This document shows positions 41,087-54,277 of a stretch of DNA of 64,000 nt, piece by piece. The DNA comes from Nymphaea colorata (taxonomy: Eukaryota). Within the stretch, counting starts at the first letter, position 1. The number at the start of each line of letters is the position of its first letter. Position numbers and translations under genes: made by a program. The notes under the pieces were generated by a model. That model ran no database searches and was not told where the DNA came from. It saw only the letters and a list, made by a program, of their open reading frames with translations. The stretch lies in contig NC_045138.2 in assembly GCF_008831285.2 (NCBI RefSeq), positions 21,142,001 to 21,206,000 on the forward strand, written 5' to 3'.

Positions 41087-42441
41087 CTCTCTCCACCCAC
41101 ACACACACACACACACATGCATCTTAGTACACTGTACACATGAACCAAAAGGTATAAATTGGCTGGAAGTTAGACAGTATACGAACTATTGTGCACATGA
41201 ACAAAGGGATAAATAGATGGTGGAAGCTTCAGTTTTAGATGGTCTATATCTAATGTACACATGAATCAAACAGTATAAATTGATAATGGAAGGTTCAGTT
41301 TTAGAAAATTCATGGACTACTGTACACATGACTCAAAGAACTATTGAACGCATAAATCAAAAGGTATAAAATTGACAGTGAAAACTTCAATTTATACAGT
41401 CTATGAATTAAAGAAAATGCATTATGCTCCATATGCACAACCAACATTAATATGCCTAAGACTCCAGATCAATTTTAGGTAATGATACTATATGAACAGA
41501 ATCATGTGCCCTGAGAATTGAAACAACTTGCTATATGTGCTAATGTCGCATGAGCAGAGAAATTGAAAAAATAGTTGAGCCAGCTTAGTATGCAAACAGC
41601 AAAAGACATCAGTCTAAGACCAGCCAAGTTGATAGCACAAAAAGTTCCTAAAATCTAACATCTCTAGTACCTCTTGATTATAGAAAAATTGTAGCTAACA
41701 AAGCCTAGAAGAAAAAGAAGAAGAAAATAAACTCAAGTCAAAAAAAATTATTTTATGATCCTCCTTGTTCCACTAAATGCTTGCATATATCAGGCATGTT
41801 ACCCACATTGAAAATATATGTTGAATGCATACTAAAGCTACTGATAAACCAGTCTTAATCCTGCTTATCTGCTATGGAATTCTGTTTTCACAGCACAATA
41901 TACAGAAAGTTGATATTCACAAGAGAACAAACTATCTGCTGCCTGATTCCTTCAAAATGCACAAAGACTAAGAAATCAAATGTACAATAGATGCTTCGGT
42001 TGCAAGACATTTTAATTTTCACAAACTTAGACATATTTGGCCTCAAAGTGAGCAGTGAAATAGAAAATAATCTCTGGGTCCATCAATTACATGGCAGACA
42101 AAACAACTAGTTGAATTATGATATAGAGACTCTAAAATGATCCAATGTACCCTAAGGACAAAATGAGCTCGCAAGGACTACAAACTGAAAAAATGGCAAT
42201 TTTGAAATGAATAAACTTATCAAACCTCAAGCAAAGCGATCAAAGCAAACAAGAGAGGAAAACGAAAAAAAACAGCAAAACTTACCCATGTCAAGGACAG
42301 ATTTCTCTACTCTTCTGTATAATTCAACCCTTTCACTCAAGCTGACATCTAACTCTTTGGCAAGATTGTTTTTAGGTGGCAACAAAGAAGATATCAACAA
42401 AGCTACCCGCCATAAGTCTTTGATTTCCATCAAGAGCAATC
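40438..42441 (-). CDS. Last three coding exons of a class II tRNA nucleotidyltransferase (CCA-adding enzyme); 5' part not seen in the window
   Basis: Exons 42441-42286 (GLLLMEIKDLWRVALLISSLL...YRRVEKSVLDM), 40713-40616 (DLENVWKMKRLLDGKAVMSILGLKHGGPQIGEW) and 40542-40438 (QKKLLKWQLAHPCGTFDECADWLRESNAKRLKCS*). Splice phases are consistent. Matches the recalled C-terminus of plant CCA-adding enzymes (LLxxIKDFWRV...WQLAxP.GT.EEC..W). Confidence 0.85.
41037..41117. repeat. (CT)n and (CA)n microsatellite in intron
   Basis: Directly visible. Confidence 0.95.
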
Positions 42442-45400
42442 CTGATCAATAAAAGGTCACTTTGTTCTCATAATATTTTTTTTATATAAATGTTAAAATA
42501 TTGCATGCATGATCTATAGATGCACAAGATTGTTTGACGTGATGGTGGAGAAAGATACTCTGCACTTCATATATGAAAAGTCAAACAAAACAATTCACGT
42601 CATATAGAAACATGTCCAAACCAAATTATATGTGGAACAAACATCCATGGGCTAGGCATTTTATATACAAACAATGTTCCAAAATATTTCGTAAAAACAC
42701 CCTAAAATGCAATCCATCTCTTCAAATGGCTGCCTAGAAATGCATATAGGGAAAAATGCCTTACAACCTACTCATGGAGAAATGCTCTAACTATTTAAAC
42801 CTACAAGCCCTGGTTGTTGACTTTGACACATTGCAGAACCTATGTTACATGGACACTCCTATGCGCGAAGTGTCAATGTCAAGAACTTCTGGAAACTGAA
42901 CCTGATATTGCGATTCCTTGCATATTTCTTAATGGTCTTTTCTCCTATTTAACAGAAACAACACTTCTTCCTTTTTATCCAACTATAAACAAAAGAAGGT
43001 AAGGGTTGAGATGCTTCCCCTCTTTTGCTCCCTTTCCATTAGTAAATACACTACCCCTTTCTTTTAAACTAAGTCATACACATGTATGTTTATGTATGCA
43101 TTTCAATTGTTGGCTCCAATAATGAATAACACCAAAAAGTCATAGACGTACTAGAAATCCTAGTTCCTATGCAAACATGCGTGTGTGTGTGTGTGTGTGT
43201 TGACTATGTACCTATGTCACCATGGTACGTGGGAGAGACCCGAATACACGTACCGGTACGCTGGTACATCAAAATGGGTACGCGTGTATGGTTTGGAACG
43301 TTTGGATCTGCTTTCGGGTCAGAACCATATCCAAACCATAACAATAGGTTAAACTGCTTCACCCGCGACGCTCAACAACTTTCTTCCCCCTCACGATTTT
43401 CTTTGGTCTTCCGGTGGAAGCTTGGGCCACGACTAGCGACGGATGGCAAGTTGGCAACGACAGGCAGAAACTTTCTGTATATGACCAATGGATGCCACTG
43501 TGAGGATCCCCTTTCGCATACTTGTCTCTTCACCTTCGTCCTATTCGGGAAGTCACCTCTTTCTCTCTGCCAATCTTACTATCAGGATTCTCCTCTTTCT
43601 ACAATCTTCAGAGAGAAGCTGCCTCTCGCTTGCCCTAGGCTGCTTCCCTCTTCCCAATTGATCCACTCCTAAAGGGTCGAGAATTCTCATTATGGTGAAA
43701 TGGTTCTAACTAATTCGCCACCGATGCTCTGGTCATTCATCCATGGCGTCTCGCTCATTCTTGCCTTTTTCAATCTCTAACCAACCCTCCTTGTTGATTT
43801 ATGTAGAAACACGAGCACAGAGAAAGAGAATATGAAGAACACACGATGTAACGTGGAAAAACCCTCAACAAGAGGAACAAAACCATGGATGAGGAGGAGC
43901 TGGTTGCCCACTAGCCACCAGACTCTCTCTCTCTTAAGATTTCATTAACCATAAGGATTAGGGTTACACGACTTAAGTAATGCCCAACAAGGGCTACAAG
44001 ATGGATCGGGTATGGATTCGGACCCGGTCCCAAGACCCGTCTAACATACTTCAACACTCCCCCTCAAGTTGGGCATACATATCAAACATGCCCAACTTGG
44101 ATACATTTCTCTCGAATGAAGTTGAAGATAGAGCTTTCGTCAGAACATCAGCTGTTTGGTCTTCAGATCTCATGTAAGGAAGTACAAGTTCTTTAGCATC
44201 AATTCTCTCTCGAATGAAATGTCGGTCAATCTCAACATGCTTTGTTCTGTCATGAAGCACAGGGTTGTTGGCCAAGTTGATTGCAGACTTATTATCGCAA
44301 TACATCTTCATTGGTTCTTTAACCTTTATACCAATATCCGTCAACAATACTTTTAGCCACAAGAGCTCTGAAACTCCCATAGCCACTGCTCTGTATTCTG
44401 CTTCAGCACTGGAACGAGAACACACATTTTGCCTTTTACTTCTCCACACTATGAGATTCCCTCCCAAATAGATACAATAGCCAGAGGTGGACCTCATAGT
44501 GTCAATACAGCCTGCTCAGTCTGCATCTGAATAACCTTCAATCCCAAGAGTGTCTTGCTTGACATACAAAAGACCTTTGCTAGGATTTCTCTTCAAGTAG
44601 CACAAGATCCTGTCAACAGCCTTCAAGTGGGCATACTGACTCATCACATTCACAGCAAAGGTAATATCAGGTCTAGTGAGAGTAAGATAAATCAACTTCC
44701 TTACAAGACATTGATATCTTCTTTTGGCCTCTTCACAGAGAGGCTCCCCATCTCTAAGACTTAGCTTATGGCCAGCATCTAGAGGAGTAGAAGCTGGTCT
44801 ACACCCTAATTGTCCGGTCTCCTTTAACAAATCTAGGATGTACTTCCGTTGATTTAGCACGAGGCTAGTCCCAAACCTAGCAATTTCAATGCCAAGGAAA
44901 TATTTCAACTTACCAAGGTCCTTGAGATCAAACTCGATCGCCAACAGTTTCTTTAACTTAATTATTTCATCTTCATCATCACCTATGACAATCATATCAT
45001 CAACATATACCAACAAAATAGTAACCTTTCGTACATTTCTCTTCACAAAGAGTGTATGATCTCCATTACCTTGATGGTATCCACATTGTCTCATGACAAG
45101 TCTAAGTCATTCAAACCATGTTCGAGGAGATTGCTTGAGCCCATATAAAGTTTTCCTTAACTTGCAACATTTTCCAGGTTCCTCATATCCTGGAGGCATA
45201 CACATATATACTTCCTCTTCAAGGTCTCCATTGAGAAATGCGTTCATGACATCAAGTTGGTACATCTTCCACTCCTTCATCACAGCTAAGGAGATAATGA
45301 CTCTGACAGTCTTCATCTTCGCAACAGGAGCAAAGGTCTCCAAATAATCAATCTCATATTTCCGACTAAACCCCTTGGCCACAAGACGAGCTTTGTATCT

Positions 45401-46808
45401 TTCAACACTTCCATCTGGTTTGTACTTGATGGTGTAGACCCACTTAGATCCAACCAAGTGAGCCACCTCAGGAATCTTTATAACTTCCCATGTCATGTTT
45501 CTTCTCAGGGCTTCCATCTCTTCTTGCATTGCATAAGTCCACTTGGGATCACTTTGAGCCTCAGCAACATTCCTGGGAATCATAGCCAAAGAAAGAGAAG
45601 ATACAAAACATTTGTAGTCCTTGCTCAGTCTAAAATATGAAACAAAAATACATGACCTGACACCTTTTCACAGGGCGATGGGAAGCTCTTCATTTGCAAT
45701 AACAGTCTGAATCTCTTCTTCAACAGGTTGCTTCTGAGCACGACTTGGGTCATCCAGGGAAGGACTAACTGGATTGGGAGCAGAATTCTCAGCACCTGTC
45801 ATCTCCTCAGTACAGACCCTTCGCCTAGAGTAAACTTGCCCAAACAGACGATTGCATTCCTCTCCTGCCCCAAAGAACACTCTCCATTTTTCTCTTGTTC
45901 AAGCACCTCAATAGAAGGACCAATGGATTCACACCTGTAGTCTAAAAAATCTGTAAACAGAATTTCCTGACTCGAAGAATACTCTTCCTTTGACATAGAA
46001 TTCTCCCCCTGAAGAGGATTCTCACCAAAATAGGAAGCATGTTCAAGGAAAGTGACATCTTTGATAACATAAGCACGACCAGTGGAAGGGTCCCGACACT
46101 TATACCCTTTTTGAGTGGGAGAATAACCTAGAAATACGCCCTTAATAGACCTTGGATCAAGCTTTTTAATGTGAGGACTATGATTGTGAATAAAGCAAAC
46201 ACAGCCAAAGACTCTTGGTGGAAGAGAGAAAGGTTCACGACTCCCCGGTAACATAGAGTGAGGCGTCTGCCCATTCAACACACGACTAGGCAAACGGTTT
46301 ATAAGATACGCACTGGTAAACACAGCATCCCCCCAATACCTTTTTGGAACATGACGTTGAAAAAGAAGAGCTCGAGTCATATTCAATAACTGACGATTCT
46401 TTCTTTCAGCAACTCCATTTTGAGGAGGAGTATAACTACAGGAAGTCTCATGAACAATTCCCTTTTTTCGAAAGAAGTTATCAACAGACTGACACATATA
46501 CTCACGAGCATTGTCAGATCAAAAGGTCTTAACAGATGCTCCATATGGAGTTCCCACATAAGCAATGAAAGTCTCTATGGCAGTAGGAACTTCACTACGG
46601 TCTTTCAACAAGTAGACAATAGTGTTACGAGAACAATCATCAATAAAGGTGATAAAATACTGAAAACCATGATAAGAAGGAATCCCTGAAGGCCCCCACA
46701 CATCAGAATGAATCATGGCAAATACCTCATTAGACCGATGGCTAGACAAAGGATATGAAGCCCTAATATGTTTGGTCAGGTGACAGACATCACAGGACAC
46801 CATAGTCA

Positions 46809-49800
46809 TGTTAGAATTTAAATATTAGACATTATGTAAGTATACATATGTTTCATATATGATTTGTATATATGAATATCTATGTATGCATAGGTGTTAT
46901 GTATTTTATTTTATTTGCTTCCTTTTCTTTTTTATGTATTTTTTATTTCTTTTCTTTTTCTATTTTTATCTTTTCCTTTTTGTAAAAGGGAACTAGCTGT
47001 TGGACCAGCTTCCAACGGCTAGATTTCTAGCCGTTGGAGCTGGCCCAACAGCCAACTCCTCCTTCTTCTCTCCCTTTCATTGTACTATATATATGGGACT
47101 GTTGTCCCTTGTTTGGTTAAGGCTTTTAGGCCTCTCTTGTGTATTCTTCTCTTGAGATTAATAGATTTGGTATCTTCTCCTCAAGTTTGAGGCTCGGTTG
47201 TGTATTACCTATTGAAGTTGTTGGGATCTTCAAGAGTGTATCTCTTGAAGCATTTGTATTCTCAAGATCAGGCCTGATTTACATGGTATCAGAGCCTCGT
47301 TTTGGCTCTTTGTGTTGCTGTCTTTCAAGCTTGGAAGATCCAATTATTACTCTTTCCTTGGAGCTGTGAAGCACTCCAAGTGTTCGATATATTGTTGGCT
47401 GAAATTTGACACAAGAAGGTGTTGTTATTTTGCTGGCCTCTTTTGGTGATATTTGTGATGGGATAAAGCTCCCTTGGTGGTGAAGATTGTGGCAGTCTTT
47501 GACGCGTCGAAAGCTTCATTTTTGTGTGGCTGTTTTTCATCCTAGCACTACCTCAACGTCTCTTTTACAAGGTACACATTATGGATGAAAGAACTTCCTC
47601 TACTCCTCTTCCCAAATTAACTTCATCAAATTATGTTTCTTGGGCAAAAACTATGGAACATTTTATTAGAAGTAAAGGCCTATGGGGACTCGTTGATGGG
47701 TCAAAAAGTGAACCTCAATTAGTCCTCACCAAGACCATAGATGGTAAAGCTCAAGAACTAGATGGAGTTGAAAAAGACAAGGCTATGAATGAATATGAGA
47801 GAAAATGGGAAGAGTGGAAGATAGGACACCACAAGATTATCACTTGGATTATTGCTTGTGTTGATACTACAACCATGGGCCAAATAGCAAAACATAATTT
47901 TGCTCATGAAGCTTGGGAATTCCTCAAGAAAACCCACACTATGAAGGATGTGGCCTACATGTGCAATCTTCAAATGAACATTGCAAGTCTCCAACAAGGA
48001 GACAAGTCCATTAAAGAATATGTTGGAGAAATGGAGCAATTATGGGACGAACTTGCTCTATTTGAACCCGAATGGTATGATCCAAGAGACATTGGAGTTA
48101 GAGAAAAACAAATCCAAAGGGAGAAATTTTATAAATTCATTCTTGGTCTTAGATCGGAATATGATGGAGTCAAAACTTCCTTGCTCCATAGGCATAAAGT
48201 GCCATCTATGAACGAAGCCATAGCGGAACTTCAAATGGAGGAGAATAGACTCAATTTTTCAAAAGACAAGAGTGAAAGTGTTCTTGCTACCTCAAGACCC
48301 GGTGCTCATATGAGAACTTATAGGCCTCCTCACTTTAATCGAAACTATGAGCATAGCAATAATGGCAACAAGAAGATTATATGTTTCCATTGTCAAGAAG
48401 AAGGACATACCAAACTTAGATGTCCTAAATTGAGGAGATTTGATAAAAAGACAAGTGTGGCTGGGACAATGTATGAAGAAAGCAATTTGACCTAGACAAA
48501 CTTGTAAGTGCCCTCCAACCAAAGCTTATTGATGCTCTTCAACCGCTTTTCAAAGGAGGAGGGACTTCTCCAATCTCCAGAGCAACCGTGGCATCTACAT
48601 CATCAAGTAAGTACTCTTGGATTCTTGATTCCGGAGCTTCATTTCATATGACCCCTTGTAATTCTTTGCTTACCGAATGCACTAAGGAAGAATCGTGCCC
48701 ATTTGTTAAAACCGCCGATGGAACTCCTCTTGAAATCAAATGTGTTGGGAATATTGATCAAAATTTTAATTCAAAAGTTTTTAAAATACCAAAAGTTAGA
48801 TTTATTCCCAAACTTAACTTAAATCTCTTGTCGGTTTCTCAAATAACAAATCATGGATGCGATATTGTCTTCTCACAAAATAAATTTTTGATACAGGACC
48901 ATCTTTCCAAGAAGACGATTGGGGAAGGTTCTAGGAAAAATGATCTCTACTATGTTGACTATTTGGATCTTTCCAACCCTACTTGCAATATAGTCAAGAA
49001 GAGTGACATTCAAGTTTGGCATCAAAGACTTGGGCATTCAAGTTTAGGAAAAATGTCTTGTATCCCTTTTTTGGAAGAGAAATGTAAAGAAATGATCTCT
49101 TGTGATGATTGTATTAAAGCCAAAATTAAGGCTTTACCTTTTGGAAATAGAAATTTTGTTGCAAAAGCACCTTTTGAATTAGTGCATTCTGATGTATGGG
49201 GTCCCGCTCCTATTATGTCTAAAGGTGGTTTGCTTTATTATGTCATTTTTGTGGATGATTACTCTCGATATGCTTGGGTTTACTTTCTTAAACGCAAATC
49301 GGAAGTCTTTATGAATTTTAAAAACTTTTACAACATGATCAAAACTCAATTTGATGCAAACCTTAAAATTTTTAGAAGTGATTCCGGGGGAGAATTCATT
49401 TCCAATGAATTTGAAGAATTCCTAAAAGAAAAGGGAGTTATACACCAAAAGTCTTGTCCCAAAACCCCCCAACAAAATGGAGTCGCCGAAAGAAAACATA
49501 GACATATTCTTGAAACAACAAGAGCTCTTCTTATATCAAAAAATGTTCCAAAAAATTTTTGGGCTGAAGCAATTTTAACATCCATTTACTTGATTAATAG
49601 AATGCCCTCTAAAGTTTTAGAAAATATTTCACCTTTTCAAAAACTTTTTAACTTGGAGCCAACTTATAAAAGATTCAAAGTCTTTGGTTGCAAATGTTTC
49701 ATTTTAAATGACAAAAATGATAAACTTTCATCTAGGGCTATTCAATGTGTCTTTATTGGCTATTCCGAAACTCAAAAAGGGTATAGATGCTATGATATTG

Positions 49801-52196
49801 AAAAAGATAAGGTGTATGTTTCAAGAAATGTGATATTTTTAGAAGAAGAAAATGGCTTTAATGAAAATAAACCCAAGCATGAAGATGACTATTCTTTTTT
49901 ATGGATAAATGATGATGATGTTGATAATGATGATGATGTTTTGCCTTCTTCACATAATGATGCTCAAAATGAGGTTGAGAATACTCCTTTTGATAGATCT
50001 TCACCAAGAAGTGGTGGATCACCAAGAGAAGTTATAGTTTATAAGAGAAGGTCTCAACAAAACATCCAAGAGTCTCAACCTACTCTTAGGAGATCTCAAA
50101 GAGATTCTCATCCACCTCAAAAATTTGTTTCCTATGAGTCTTTTTCCCCAAAACATAGAGCTTGCTTATTAGCTATTCACTCTCATGTTGAACCTTCATC
50201 CTATCTTGAAGCCAAAACTAACCCACATTGGATTGAAGCAATGAACAATGAACTTAGAGCCCTTGAAGACAATAAAACTTGGGACATTGTGTCTCTTCCT
50301 ATAGGGAAAAGAACAATAGGATGTAGGTGGGTTTACAAAGTCAAGACTAGAAGTGATGGATCACTTGAAAGGTATAAAGCTAGACTTGTTGCCAAAGGAT
50401 ATGCCCAAGAATATGGGATTGATTACGAAGAAACCTTCGCCCCTGTTGCTCGTATGACCTCTGTTAGAGCTCTTATTGCCATTGCCTCCATTAAACAATG
50501 GTCTATATATCAATTGGATGTCAAAAATGCTTTTTTGAATGGATACTTAAATGAAGAGGTATACATGGATTCATCCCCTGGGCTTGATTTACCTCAAGGA
50601 AAAGTTCTTTATCTTAGAAAGGCATTATATGGCTTGAAACAAGCTCCAAAAGCTTGGTTTGACATGTTTAGCAATGTTATGTTCAAACAAGGTTTTAAAT
50701 CATGTTATTCTGACACTGCTATGTTTGTTAAAAATACTACTATAGGTATAATTGTGTTACTTTTATATGTAGATGATATGATTATTACAGGTAATGATGC
50801 CAACGAAATTATGCAGGTAAAAGACTTTCTAAAGAATGAATTTGAAATGACTGATTTGGGTAAACTAACATATTTTCTTGGTATTGAAGTAGCTTATAGT
50901 AGAAGAGGATACTTACTCTCACAAATGAAGTTTGCCAATGACATTATAAGCAGATCAGGTATCACTGATGACAAGGTGGTAGACACTCCTGAAGCCTTAG
51001 GAGTAAAGATGAAGATTGATGATGGAGAAATTCTAGAAAATCCCACTCCATTTCGTCAATTGGTTGGAGCTCTCACATATCTATCCATCACAAGGCCTGA
51101 CATATCACATGCGGTACATGTCATAAGTCAGTTTCAACAAAGACCCACTTCTGTACACATGGGAGCCGCATTGAGGATTGTTCGATATGTCAAACACACA
51201 ATCACTAAAGGACTTTTTCTATCATCCTCATCAAACTTGAATATGATTGCCTATGCTGATGCTGATTGGGGTGGAGATCCTAATAACAGGCATTCCACCA
51301 CCGGTTTTTGTGTTTTTCTAGGTGACTCTTATTTCGTGGAGGTGCAAAAAACAAAATAAAGTCTCTCTATCATCAACTGAAGCAGAATATCGTGTCATGG
51401 CCACCACCACCATGGAGATTGTGTGGTTAAAAAGCTTATTGAAGGACATTGGAATTGACTTAAATGAAGCAACCAAGCTCTGCTGCGACAATAAAAGTGC
51501 CATCTACATTGCTAGCAATCATACTTTTCATGAAAGGACGAAGCATATTGAAATGGATTGTCACTATGTGAGAGAAGAATATCTTAGCCGAACAATCGAT
51601 ATATCCTTTGTCCCTTCCGAATATCAACTTGGAGATTTCTTCACCAAAGCACTTGCTTCAGCACGTTTTCAGTTTCTTCTTGGCAAACTTTCGGTGATCA
51701 CACCGTAAGTTTGAGGGGGGGTGTTAGAATTTAAATATTAGACATTATGTAAGTATACATATGTTTCATATATGATTTGTATATATGAATATCTATGTAT
51801 GCATAGGTGTTATGTATTTTATTTTATTTGCTTCCTTTTCTTTTTTATGTATTTTTTATTTCTTTTCTTTTTCTATTTTTATCTTTTCCTTTTTGTAAAA
51901 GGGAACTAGCTGTTGGACCAGCTTCCAACGGCTAGATTTCTAGCCGTTGGAGCTGGCCCAACAGCCAACTCCTCCTTCTTCTCTCCCTTTCATTGTACTA
52001 TATATATGGGACTGTTGTCCCTCGTTTGGTTAAGGCTTTTAGGCCTCTCTTGTGTATTCTTCTCTTGAGATTAATAGATTTGGTATCTTCTCCTCAAGTT
52101 TGAGGCTTGGTTGTGTATTACCTATTGAAGTTGTTGGGATCTTCAAGAGTGTATCTCTTGAAGCATTTGTATTCTCAAGATCAGGCCTGATTTACA
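46809..52196 (+). mobile_element. Ty1/copia LTR retrotransposon B, full length and young, nested in the integrase zinc-finger region of A
   Basis: 475-bp LTRs at 46809-47283 and 51722-52196 with 2 differences seen. Perfect TSD AGTCA, PBS TGGTATCAGAGC at 47284-47295, PPT at 51713-51721. Confidence 0.97.
47581..51708 (+). pseudogene. Element B gag-pol polyprotein with two frameshifts
   Basis: Gag with zinc knuckle CFHCQEEGHTKLRC, PR WILDSGAS, INT VHSDVWGP/QNGVAERK, RT YVDDM, RH HERTKHIEMD. Frameshifts near 48480 and 51330. Confidence 0.92.
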
Positions 52197-53979
52197 AGTC
52201 ATATCTAACCTGGAACGTAAATCAGGAAACAACTGTCTAAGAATTTCAAAAGGCAGGTGTCCAAGGCGCTCATGCCACCGTAGAAGCAATTGAAGGGACT
52301 CCTCTCTATTCTTCGTTGCTTGACTGACTGCCGTCATGAGAGCCTGAGCAGTACGCATAGGTAAGCGATATAGTCCGTCAGAAGTCAGACCAATCCCAAT
52401 CCTCTTCCCTGTCACCAAGTCCTGCATAACACAGCGATCAGCAGAAAAAATTAGTTGGCAATTCAACTCTTTCGTAATCTTGCTAACCGACAAGAGGTTC
52501 AAGGGAAGATGAGGAACATGTAGAGCATTGTGGACAAAGAATTTGTTCAAAAGTGGGAGACTCCCTTTCCCAGCCACAGAGATAGAGGAACCATCAGCAA
52601 GAGAAACACGTTCATTTCCTGACGAAAGCTTATACCCATGAAAGACTTTAGGATCGCCGGTCATGTGGTGAGTAGCGCCACTGTCGATGATCCACTCTCC
52701 CATAGGGGAATCCACCATCACGTCGATCGAACACCCAAATTTCTCCTGCAGTGACAAAGGGCAGCCGCAGCAATGGGGAGCACGCAGCAACTGGCGTGAG
52801 CAGAGGTGCTGGAACTCTGCAGCAGATCCCGCAGGAGAACAATGATGCAGGGAGTAGAGGCAGCGCTAGACGGAAAGGCAACACCAGGAAGCAGGTCGGC
52901 GGCGGAAGACGTCAATGACGGCAACGGTGACGGCGGCGGCGGCAGAAACGACGACGGTGACAGCAGCGGCGGAGGGTGAAGAAAACTCCACGATCACCAA
53001 AAAAGTCCCAATCTTTTGGGCTCTGATACCATGTAGAAACACGAGCACAGAGAAAGAGAATACGAGGAACACGATGTAACGTGGAAAAACCCTCAACAAG
53101 AGGAAAAAAACCACGGATGAGGAGGAGCTGGTTGCCCACTAGCCGCCAGACTCTCTCTCTCTTAAGATTTCAGTAACCATAAGGATTAGGGTTACACGAC
53201 TTAAGTAATGTCCAACAAGGGCTACAAGATGGATCAGGTAAGGATTCGGACCCGGTCCCGAGACCCGTCTAACATACTTCAACAATTTCCATCAATTTGC
53301 ATCCTTGGCGGAGCTACAAACTCCTCAAAATCCTGTGTCAATGAGAGGTACCATGTTCGACATCAGGAGTTCGAGGTCAAATGCTCGGATCGGCCGCTTA
53401 GCCCCGGCGTGTTGTTTCTTGGATGGCGAGGTGCTAAGCAAAGACATTTGAAGAGGTACTTAAAAGTGGTATGCTTCCCAGGGATCCAGCCGATCACCTT
53501 CATTGTTCCTCTCAAATATTTGAGCGACTTCGATATCGTGAGAAGATTGAGTAGCGGTTGTCTATCTAAGCTGACGAACTGGTAGCCTAGTTGACCGAAA
53601 GCACAGAGGATGAGTAAGGAAAGGGCCCTTTGAATGAAGCACGGATTTATAATCTCTCCAGGAATATAAAATACTAAACAACTAGCGGAGTGATAGTGTT
53701 TTTGGGGCCAAGGTCTTCATGAACAATTGCTATCATTAGGGCCCTTCAGGTCTAAAATATGTGTATGTGCCGATGTATTTTAGTGTTTTTTCTTGTTATG
53801 ATTGGAGACTTGAGCATTACTTTTTGGAGTTCTTATTGAGTTTAATGACTTTCATGGTGATAGAATGAGAACCTGTTGGATGAAACTATATGACTCTCGT
53901 TTGCAGTTTAGGAAACAGTACATTAACCAAGACCTCTTGTTTTATCTTAAATATTCCTAACCTATCAATATATTAGAGG

Positions 53980-54277
53980 CAATGTCACACGGGTATGTGG
54001 GTTTTGCCCACGTACCCATACCGGTACGGCGGTATGGTGGTGGTACGGTTTGTGATTAAGCATATTGTTTTCCTCCTTCTTCTTCCTTCTTCCTCCAGAC
54101 GCCTCTTCCTCCTTCCTTACCTTCATACAACATATTTACAACAAAAATGGCATCTGCTTTTTTCGCTGATTTCATGTATATAATTAACTAAAAATATATA
54201 ATTATCGTTGTACCGCCGCACAAAATTGGAGAAAAATGCCGTACCGGTACCCGCTTCCTCGTACCCATGTGGCATAG
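53980..54277. mobile_element. 298-bp hAT MITE nested in the same-family element 43212-54716
   Basis: Ends CAATGTCACACGGGTA / TACCCATGTGGCATAG. TSD ATTAGAGG (53972-53979) / ATTAGAAG (54278-54285). Confidence 0.78.

Larger units (their letters stand above)
43802..53284 (-). mobile_element. Ty1/copia LTR retrotransposon A; gag deleted, degenerate pol, interrupted by element B
   Basis: 5' LTR 53032-53284 and 3' LTR 43802-44056 (TG...CA; about 10 substitutions plus one 2-bp indel). PBS TGGTATCAGAGC (tRNA-iMet) at 53020-53031, PPT adjacent at 44057, TSD ATTTA/ATTTC. Domain order PR (WIIDSGATHH), INT, RT (YVDDM), RH (HDRTKHVEID), with several stops, frameshifts and small deletions. Confidence 0.95.

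Noticed and set aside
48474..48500. Programmed -1 frameshift between gag and pol of element B
   Set aside because: No canonical slippery heptamer, most plant copia use a single ORF, and a second frameshift exists in RNase H. A simple 1-bp loss is more parsimonious.
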